From: an uncultured Christensenellaceae bacterium
GTDB taxonomy: Bacteria > Bacillota > Clostridia > Christensenellales > DTU072
Reading direction: 5' to 3'
DNA: 24,000 bases
Assembly: GCA_964392385.1 (NCBI GenBank)
Contig: CAYMPR010000001.1
Location: 1-24,000 of the forward strand
Below the pieces are notes generated by a model. That model saw nothing but the letters and a program-made list of their open reading frames with translations. It had not been told where the DNA came from and did no database searches. Shown in pieces: positions 17,528-24,000 of this stretch (positions within the stretch are counted from its first letter, which is position 1; each line of letters opens with the position of its first letter). The translations under genes and the position numbers were made by a program.

Positions 17528-18675
17528 GCAATAAATTATATAATTTAATTATTGATACCACTACGGATAAACTCTTAATTATTCTTTTTAATGATTCATT
17601 TAAAGATATTTATATAGGCGCAGATAAAAGCAGAAGACATGCTGCATCATTGCTGGAAATAATTAATAATTTGTTTCAAAAATACGATATATCAAAAGAT
17701 GACCATTTCGTAATAGGGGTAGTGGTTGGCCCAGGCTCATTTACTGGTATAAGAGTAGGAGTTGCTTCAGCTAATGCGCTCGCTAAAGCTTTTTCATCAA
17801 AAGTAATTGAGCTTAATGCTCTAGATATTATCTTGGGCGATATAGATAGAGGGATATCTTTGATACCCTGCAAAAACTCAAATTATTATGCACTTATTAG
17901 GTATAATGATCTCAATACTTATTCGTTCACTAACGATAACGAATTGAAAGAACTTAAAAAAGAATATAGTATATATTATTATTCAGATAACTATATCGAT
18001 AATGCAATAAAAATATTTAATAATAAGTTTCTTTATGGCAAGACCTCTAAGTATGCTATCCCATTTTACATAAGAGAGACATCTGCAGAAAGAAAAATGG
18101 ATCAATGTGAAAAAACTAGCAGCGAAATATCTACAGAAAGAATAAATGCGACTAATATATCCCAACAAGCTAATTTAAATCACAAAAACAGTGAGGAAAC
18201 ACCCAAACTGCAAGAGGAACATATTAATTATGAGATACTTTTCGCTAATGCCTCAAATCTCAACGAAATATTTGATATAGAGAATTCCTGTTTTGATGCA
18301 CCTTGGAGCATAAGATTAATTAAAGAAGAAATAGAGGTATTAAATGGGCAAACTATACTATTAAAGAATAAAAAATCAGGGGAAATAATAGGATATGCTT
18401 GTTATAGAATAGTAGATAATGATTCTGAGTTAATGCGAATTGCTATAAAGAAAAACTTCAGAGATAAAGGTCTTGGGCATTTGTTGCTTGATGAAGTTAT
18501 AAGGTTAGTTAAGATTAAAGGTGCAAAAAAACTCAACCTCGAAGTTGCATCTATCAACGCTCCCGCAATAAAACTATATGAAAAGCACTTATTTAAAAAA
18601 GAGGGGGTAAGAAAAAATTACTATGGTTTAGGAATAGATGGTCTGCTTTTTAGTAGATTCTTGGATAAAGAATAA
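17524..18675 (+). CDS. tsaB: Fusion protein: TsaB (YeaZ) plus RimI-type GNAT N-acetyltransferase
   Basis: The N-terminal part LIIDTTTD...GVVVGPGSFTGIRVGVASANALA is TsaB. A polar linker of about 40 aa follows (EKTSSEISTERINATNISQQANLNHKNSEETPKLQEE). The C-terminal part has the GNAT motif RIAIKKNFRDKGLGHLLLDEV. The start overlaps the tsaE stop as ATGA. Confidence 0.85.
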   Translation: MSNKLYNLIIDTTTDKLLIILFNDSFKDIYIGADKSRRHAASLLEIINNLFQKYDISKDDHFVIGVVVGPGSFTGIRVGVASANALAKAFSSKVIELNALDIILGDIDRGISLIPCKNSNYYALIRYNDLNTYSFTNDNELKELKKEYSIYYYSDNYIDNAIKIFNNKFLYGKTSKYAIPFYIRETSAERKMDQCEKTSSEISTERINATNISQQANLNHKNSEETPKLQEEHINYEILFANASNLNEIFDIENSCFDAPWSIRLIKEEIEVLNGQTILLKNKKSGEIIGYACYRIVDNDSELMRIAIKKNFRDKGLGHLLLDEVIRLVKIKGAKKLNLEVASINAPAIKLYEKHLFKKEGVRKNYYGLGIDGLLFSRFLDKE

Positions 18676-18847
18676 AACAAAATATTTTTATTAATTTTTT
18701 AAAATTTTTTCGAAAACGTATTAAAATCTCAAAATTCAATTTATTTTTTATCGTCTTGACAATAAACTGGTTTTAGAAGGTTAAGATTATGTTAAGAAAA
18801 AAAGAAAGTAGGTTTAGAAGGTAAAAGCAACTAATCTTTGAAACACA

Positions 18848-20476
18848 TCAAGGTGAAATAGTAGAGGAAGGGCAGATTGGAACCACGGTTAAGGTTTTAA
18901 AATTGCTATATTTTACTAAACCAGGCTTATCTCCACGCCTTATGTATTTAATGTTAGTATAATCAACATTAATTTTTGTTTCCATTCTTCCATTAGAGTA
19001 ATATCCAGCAAATGACGCAGCTTTTTCAATAATATCCATAGGAACAGAAGAATTGTTGCTCTTTATTAATACATGTGAGCCATGAAATTTTTGAGCATGT
19101 AACCATATATCGTTTGGATTTGAATGATGGAAAGTAATTTCATCGTTTTGATAATTATTCTTACCTATTAATATAATAAAGCTATCTATAGTGAGTTTAA
19201 TGAAGTTTTCTTTGGCTTTTTTAACAACAGAAGGGTTATTTTTATTAACTTTTAATCCAGAGATTTTCCCATAATTAATTGTAAGTTCGTTAATAATACA
19301 TTCTAAATCATTGTTTTGTGTGAATATAGATAAATGTGCAATAAGAGATAAAAGATGGTCGATATTAGACTGAACTTTCGGTATTTCAGTTTTGGAATAT
19401 TCAATAGAGTTTTTCATCTTGGCGTACTTTTTATATTTTATATTAAGGTTTTCAGAGGGAGACAAATTTGGATCAATAGGGATATCTACATAACTACCTT
19501 CGTTAAAATAATCATCACATGAAATCGTTGAGCAATTAGGTTGAATGCGGAAAAGATTGCATTTTAAAATATCTGCTTGTTGATATAATATATTCAATTC
19601 TTGAATTTGCGAGGATATCTTATTGAGTTGTTCTAGGCGATTAGTATATGATAAAAGAATGTGGTTAACATGTTTTAAAATAATAGCGAAAAGTGAGTTA
19701 TTTTGACGTATTGACAAATTATCGCGATAAAAGAGTTCTATGCATTCGGCTAAAGAAGAATAGTGCTTCCAGCTCATCTCATCAGTTAGTTGAATACTTT
19801 TGTATGGGAAAGCAAAAAAATCTACAACTTTATTGTTTTGTAATAAAACGCATGGAGATAAAAAATCATAGTTAAAAATAGAAAATATATTATCTATCGA
19901 ATTAGTTTTAAGGAGCAAAGAGAGGTACTCTTCTCTTGAGGATTTTCCGAGTTTCCACATCGGAGAAGAGGAAGTTTTTAAATTAATGTTTGGCAATTCA
20001 TATTTTACGGAAGGCATTATTAAACGATCAGAAGAATTATTTAACTTTAATGCATTGAGTATAATGAGTTTAGCGTCTGTAATAATTAGATTATCTTTTT
20101 TGCCGATAATTTCAAAAAACAGAGAAAATACTTCCTCATCAAAGAGCTCGTTTTTTTGTAAAAACTCTAGCTTTATAATTCTATCGCTATCACACATACT
20201 TATATTAAACAATTTTGCCCCATATAAATGTTTCCTAAGAGACATAATAAAACCGTTAGGGTTTGGATCCTTTTCAAAGGAATTTTGTTGTGATAGGAAA
20301 AGAATTGGTAACAAATTAGAAAATGAAAAAATAATAGATATTGATTTTTGGCCATTATTAAGTAAAAAAACGATTGTTTTTTCGTTGGAAGAATAAATGC
20401 TATTAACCTTGCACCCCAAGCAATTAAGGCGTATTTCTTCTACAATATATTCAAGAGTAAAATAATCATTAGGCAT
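18848..20476 (-). CDS. rqcH: NFACT-family ribosome quality control protein RqcH (FbpA-like)
   Basis: The NFACT-N region includes the DR motif (CDSDRIIKLEF). A coiled-coil middle follows, then the NFACT-R/DUF814 signature DIWLHAQKFHGSHVLIKS. There is no Shine-Dalgarno sequence upstream of the ATG. Confidence 0.85.
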   Translation of the reverse strand: MPNDYFTLEYIVEEIRLNCLGCKVNSIYSSNEKTIVFLLNNGQKSISIIFSFSNLLPILFLSQQNSFEKDPNPNGFIMSLRKHLYGAKLFNISMCDSDRIIKLEFLQKNELFDEEVFSLFFEIIGKKDNLIITDAKLIILNALKLNNSSDRLIMPSVKYELPNINLKTSSSPMWKLGKSSREEYLSLLLKTNSIDNIFSIFNYDFLSPCVLLQNNKVVDFFAFPYKSIQLTDEMSWKHYSSLAECIELFYRDNLSIRQNNSLFAIILKHVNHILLSYTNRLEQLNKISSQIQELNILYQQADILKCNLFRIQPNCSTISCDDYFNEGSYVDIPIDPNLSPSENLNIKYKKYAKMKNSIEYSKTEIPKVQSNIDHLLSLIAHLSIFTQNNDLECIINELTINYGKISGLKVNKNNPSVVKKAKENFIKLTIDSFIILIGKNNYQNDEITFHHSNPNDIWLHAQKFHGSHVLIKSNNSSVPMDIIEKAASFAGYYSNGRMETKINVDYTNIKYIRRGDKPGLVKYSNFKTLTVVPICPSSTISP

Positions 20477-20483
20477 GTATTAT

Positions 20484-20512
20484 ATTATATCTTATGATTA
20501 GTGTTTTATCCA
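20484..20512 (-). promoter_or_regulatory. Putative promoter for rqcH, positioned for a leaderless or near-leaderless transcript
   Basis: The minus strand reads TGGATA-17 nt-TATAAT, then 7 nt (ATAATAC), then ATG. Confidence 0.35.
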
Positions 20513-20541
20513 TTGATTTTAAATTTTTCTTGTGATACTAT
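20513..20541 (+). promoter_or_regulatory. Putative promoter for tig-clpP-clpX
   Basis: TTGATT-17 nt-TACTAT with TG one nt upstream of the -10 (extended -10). The RBS GGGAGG at 20564-20569 precedes the ATG at 20578. This promoter abuts the putative rqcH -35 back to back. Confidence 0.45.
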
Positions 20542-20577
20542 ATCTAGGCAAGTTTTTGGAATCGGGAGGTTATCAAA

Positions 20578-21864
20578 ATGGAATATTCATTACAAAAATT
20601 AGGTGGTTCAAAAGTTGAAATTGCTTTCAGTATCGGAAAAGAAGAATGGAATGAATGCATAAATCAAACATTTGAAAAAAATAAGCATAAATATAAAATA
20701 GAGGGATTTAGATCTGGCAAAGTACCATTTAAGCTACTTGTTAATAGATATGGTATTGAGATTTTTTATGAAGATGCTATGGATTATGCTCTTAATCACT
20801 ATTATGGCGAGATATTAAAAAAAGAGGAAAGCCTAGAAGTAATTGAACAACCAGAGATAGATGTTAAAACTGTTGGGGAAGATGGAATTAGTGCTGTTTT
20901 TACCGTGTCAGTTTACCCTGAAGTTGTGCTTGGACAGTATAAAGACATTGAATTAAACAAGATTAATGTTTCTGTTACAGATGAGCAGATACAAGCTGAG
21001 ATTGATAAGGCAAGAGAATCGCACGCAAGATGGATTGATATTTCCAACCGTGCAGTAAAAAAGGGCGATAAGATTACTTTAGATTATAGCGGATCAGTAG
21101 ATGGTGTCTTATTTGATGGTGGCACAGCGGAAAAAGCCACATTAGATATTGGCTCAGGTCAGTTCATACCAGGATTTGAGGATCAATTAGTCGATGTCTC
21201 GATAGGAGAAGAAAAAGATGTTTTAGTTACCTTTCCTGAAGAGTATCAAAGCAAGGAACTCGCTGGCAAAAAAGCAGTATTTAAATGTAAGGTTCATGAA
21301 ATTAAAGAGAAACAACTACCAGAAATTGATGATGAGTTTGCAAAGGATTTAGGTGAATTTGATAATCTTGAACAATACAAGAACAGTATAAAACAAGGAT
21401 TGGAATTAAAAGCTCAAGAAAAGGCTAAATTTGATGAGGAAAATCTATTAATAGAAAAAATTACAAGCACAACTCAAATCGATGTTCCTGATGTTTTAGT
21501 AAAACAAGAAGTTGAGAGAATGATTAATGATTTTTCTGTTAGAATGTCATATTCTGGAATTAAATTTGAAGACTATTTAAAATATATCGGATCAGACTTG
21601 GAGAAATTCAAAGAAGAGCATAAGATAGAGGCTTTAGAATCAGTAAAAGCTAGGCTTGTTTTAGAAGCAATTATTAGAAAAGAAAACATATCGGTCGAAA
21701 AAGAAGAAGTAGATAGTGAAGTCCAAAAAATTGCTGAACAAGAAGGGAAGGACATAGAAACTGTTAAAAAAGATTTAAAAGAAAATCAAATCTCAAGAAT
21801 AATGAATAAAATAATAGGCGATAAGCTTTTCGATTTTCTACGTAAAAACAATAAATTTAAATAA
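20578..21864 (+). CDS. tig: Trigger factor
   Basis: The ribosome-binding signature GFRSGKVP is present, with a central FKBP-type PPIase region ([20 protein letters not shown]...[10 protein letters not shown]). The length is 428 aa. Confidence 0.95.
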   Translation: MEYSLQKLGGSKVEIAFSIGKEEWNECINQTFEKNKHKYKIEGFRSGKVPFKLLVNRYGIEIFYEDAMDYALNHYYGEILKKEESLEVIEQPEIDVKTVGEDGISAVFTVSVYPEVVLGQYKDIELNKINVSVTDEQIQAEIDKARESHARWIDISNRAVKKGDKITLDYSGSVDGVLFDGGTAEKATLDIGSGQFIPGFEDQLVDVSIGEEKDVLVTFPEEYQSKELAGKKAVFKCKVHEIKEKQLPEIDDEFAKDLGEFDNLEQYKNSIKQGLELKAQEKAKFDEENLLIEKITSTTQIDVPDVLVKQEVERMINDFSVRMSYSGIKFEDYLKYIGSDLEKFKEEHKIEALESVKARLVLEAIIRKENISVEKEEVDSEVQKIAEQEGKDIETVKKDLKENQISRIMNKIIGDKLFDFLRKNNKFK

Positions 21865-21881
21865 ATACCATTGGAGGTTTT

Positions 21882-22487
21882 ATGGATAATAATTATATGC
21901 CAATTCCGACTGTAATAGAAAAATCCGATAGAGGGACCACTGCTTATGATTTGTATTCAAGGTTACTTGAGGACAGAATTATTTTTCTTACTGGTCCAAT
22001 AGATGATAATGTTGCTAACTTAGTAGTAGGACAATTACTTTTTCTTGAAACAAAAGATCCCGATAAAGATATTTCATTGTACATTAATAGCCCAGGCGGT
22101 TCAATTTCTGCTGGTATGGCAATTTTTGACACAATTAATTATGTAAAATGTGATGTGGTGACGATTTGTGTGGGCCTTGCAGCCTCAATGGCGGCATTTT
22201 TATTGTGTTCGGGTACAAAAGGGAAAAGATATGCTTTACCCAACAGTGAGATAATGATTCATCAGCCTCTTGGTGGAACTGAAGGGCAAGCAAGTGACAT
22301 AATGATAGCTGCAGAACATATAGCAAAATTAAAACAAAAATTAAATAGTATTCTCAGTGAAAGAACTGGGCAACCACTTAGTAGAATAGAGAAGGATACG
22401 GATAGGGATAATTGGTTGACTGCCCTAAATGCCGTAGAATATGGTATTATAGATCAAGTTTATTACACTAGAAAAATTCCAAAATAA
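21882..22487 (+). CDS. clpP: ATP-dependent Clp protease proteolytic subunit
   Basis: [12 protein letters not shown] is present, with the catalytic Ser in [11 protein letters not shown], the His in IMIHQPLGG and the Asp in DTDRDNW. The RBS is GGAGG. Confidence 0.95.
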   Translation: MDNNYMPIPTVIEKSDRGTTAYDLYSRLLEDRIIFLTGPIDDNVANLVVGQLLFLETKDPDKDISLYINSPGGSISAGMAIFDTINYVKCDVVTICVGLAASMAAFLLCSGTKGKRYALPNSEIMIHQPLGGTEGQASDIMIAAEHIAKLKQKLNSILSERTGQPLSRIEKDTDRDNWLTALNAVEYGIIDQVYYTRKIPK

Positions 22488-22497
22488 TTGAGGAAAG

Positions 22498-23751
22498 ATG
22501 GATAATATTAAAGCAGAATTATTTTGCTCTTTTTGTGGCAAAACTGAAAACGAAGTTGATGATTTGGTAAAATCCGGTCAGGATAATGATTGTTATATAT
22601 GCCTTGATTGTACCAAAAAAGCGCTTGCGATTTTTAATAACAATAAAAAAAATACTCCTGAGATTATTTCATATGGTGTAAATTTGTTATCTCCACAGAA
22701 AATTAAAAAAGAACTAGATCAATATATAATTGGTCAAGATTTAGCAAAGAAAATTCTATCAGTCGCTGTATATAACCACTATAAAAGAGTGCTAGGAAAA
22801 TCATCTGAAGAATATAAGGATGTGTCTTTAGAAAAATCGAATATATTAATGCTCGGACCAACTGGTTCAGGGAAAACACTTCTTGCAAAGACTTTAGCTA
22901 AAATTTTAAATGTACCTTTTGCAATTGCAGATGCTACAACTATGACCGAAGCTGGATATGTTGGCGAAGATGTTGAAAATATGCTCTTAAAACTTTTGCA
23001 GGCAGCTGGTGGAGATGTTGAAAAAGCACAAAGAGGTATTATATATATTGATGAAATAGACAAAATTGCTCGTAAAACCGAAAATGTTAGTATCACTAGA
23101 GATGTTTCTGGAGAGGGAGTTCAGCAAGCTTTGTTGAAAATAATCGAAAGTACAACTGCTAATGTACCTCCGCAAGGTGGAAGAAAACATCCCAATCAAG
23201 AGTTTATTCAAGTCAACACAACGGATATTTTGTTTATTTGCGGCGGTGCTTTCGTGGGATTGGAAAAAATCGTAGATAAACGTAAAGATAGCTCAAGTAT
23301 TGGCTTTAATGCATCTCTTCATTCTTCGGAAAAAAATTACAGTGTTATGATGCAAGATTTGAGGCCAGAAGATTTAATTAAATACGGCTTAATTCCCGAG
23401 TTTGTTGGTAGAGTCCCTATAAATGCAGTTTTGGATCCTCTCGATGAAGAGGCTTTGGTTAAAATTCTTATTGAGCCTAAAAACGCAATTGTTAAACAAT
23501 ATCAAAAATTGTTAAGTATGGATAATGTTAGTTTAGATTTTGAGGAAGCTGCGGTTAAAGCAGTAGCTAAAAAAGCAATTCAACTTAAAACTGGGGCAAG
23601 AGGATTGAGAACTATTGTCGAAAATGCTATTTTAAATCTTATGTATGATGTGCCTGGTGACAAGGGCATTACGAAGATAATTGTAACTGAAAAAAGCATT
23701 CTAGGTCTTGAGTCGCCCCTTATAATAAGGAAAAACGAAGAGGTTATTTAA
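22498..23751 (+). CDS. clpX: ATP-dependent Clp protease ATP-binding subunit ClpX
   Basis: The N-terminal zinc-binding domain reads CSFCGK...CYICLDC. Walker A is [15 protein letters not shown] and Walker B is [19 protein letters not shown] (pore-1 loop) and GARGLR are also present. Confidence 0.95.
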   Translation: MDNIKAELFCSFCGKTENEVDDLVKSGQDNDCYICLDCTKKALAIFNNNKKNTPEIISYGVNLLSPQKIKKELDQYIIGQDLAKKILSVAVYNHYKRVLGKSSEEYKDVSLEKSNILMLGPTGSGKTLLAKTLAKILNVPFAIADATTMTEAGYVGEDVENMLLKLLQAAGGDVEKAQRGIIYIDEIDKIARKTENVSITRDVSGEGVQQALLKIIESTTANVPPQGGRKHPNQEFIQVNTTDILFICGGAFVGLEKIVDKRKDSSSIGFNASLHSSEKNYSVMMQDLRPEDLIKYGLIPEFVGRVPINAVLDPLDEEALVKILIEPKNAIVKQYQKLLSMDNVSLDFEEAAVKAVAKKAIQLKTGARGLRTIVENAILNLMYDVPGDKGITKIIVTEKSILGLESPLIIRKNEEVI

Positions 23752-23825
23752 TACTCATTATAATTATTCGGTTTTTCTATTGTTTTTTATTATTATTAAG
23801 TTTTTAAATATTATAAAAGGATTTG

Positions 23826-24000
23826 ATGATTATTAATAAGGCAGAATTATATAAAATCATATCTGACAATACGCCGCCACTTAAGCTTAATACCCCTGAA
23901 GTAGCGATGGTAGGTCGGTCAAATGTTGGTAAATCTTCTATTATTAATTATCTGACAGGAGTTTCTAGCCTTGCTAGAACCTCAAAAGAACCTGGAAAAA
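23826..24000 (+). CDS. engB: 3'-partial ribosome biogenesis GTPase EngB/YsxC
   Basis: This ORF is not in the ORF track because it runs off the window. The ATG at 23826 follows AAAGGA. The translation [45 protein letters not shown]... contains the EngB G1 motif [11 protein letters not shown]. Confidence 0.85.
   Translation, partial: MIINKAELYKIISDNTPPLKLNTPEVAMVGRSNVGKSSIINYLTGVSSLARTSKEPGK

Noticed and set aside
19986-20396. 136-aa plus-strand ORF antisense to rqcH
   Set aside because: It lies entirely inside a well-supported gene. The translation is low-complexity and S/I/F/N-rich with no motifs and no RBS. Long antisense ORFs are expected in AT-rich DNA with few stop codons in that frame.
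22779-23096. 105-aa and 74-aa minus-strand ORFs inside clpX (plus similar small ORFs at 664-855, 1057-1239, 2179-2442, 3675-3878, 7716-7916, 9493-9678, 12129-12320, 12493-12735, 13307-13555, 17676-17873, 17983-18168, 19693-19875, 21573-21755, 21944-22132, 22135-22326, 22703-22888)
   Set aside because: All are nested in or antisense to CDSs with strong motif support, and none has a recognisable motif or start context.

Overview
AT-rich bacterial chromosomal segment (about one-third G+C by eye). It uses the standard code: TGA serves as a stop and Trp is TGG. Gene content and order point to a low-GC Bacillota or Mollicutes-related lineage with a compact genome; that placement is inference only. 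From left to right the window holds four blocks. (1) An accessory-looking cluster of three co-directional membrane-anchored surface proteins at 3-7869: a 5'-partial MBG/YDG-repeat protein, an orphan protein, and a 1258-aa protein with two metallophosphoesterase domains. (2) A minus-strand tRNA block (Leu-UAA, Cys-GCA, Gly-CCC) with its own promoters and terminators. (3) A very tight plus-strand run of ten genes at 8640-18675. It opens with a 918-aa regulator carrying a degenerate P-loop, a helical-repeat middle and a C-terminal SARP-type wHTH plus BTAD. It continues with housekeeping genes: a SAM methyltransferase, an RluA-family synthase, nth, obg, a nadD-yqeK fusion, rsfS, an ECF S-component, tsaE and a tsaB-rimI fusion. 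(4) A convergent rqcH, followed by divergent tig-clpP-clpX and the start of engB. I saw no CRISPR array, transposase, integrase, rRNA or obvious prophage genes. The best candidates for something new are the tail-anchored surface cluster, especially the dual phosphoesterase and its orphan neighbour, and the regulator with inverted domain order that sits at the head of a ribosome-biogenesis and tRNA-modification operon. All product calls come from motifs read in the supplied translations; no database search was possible.
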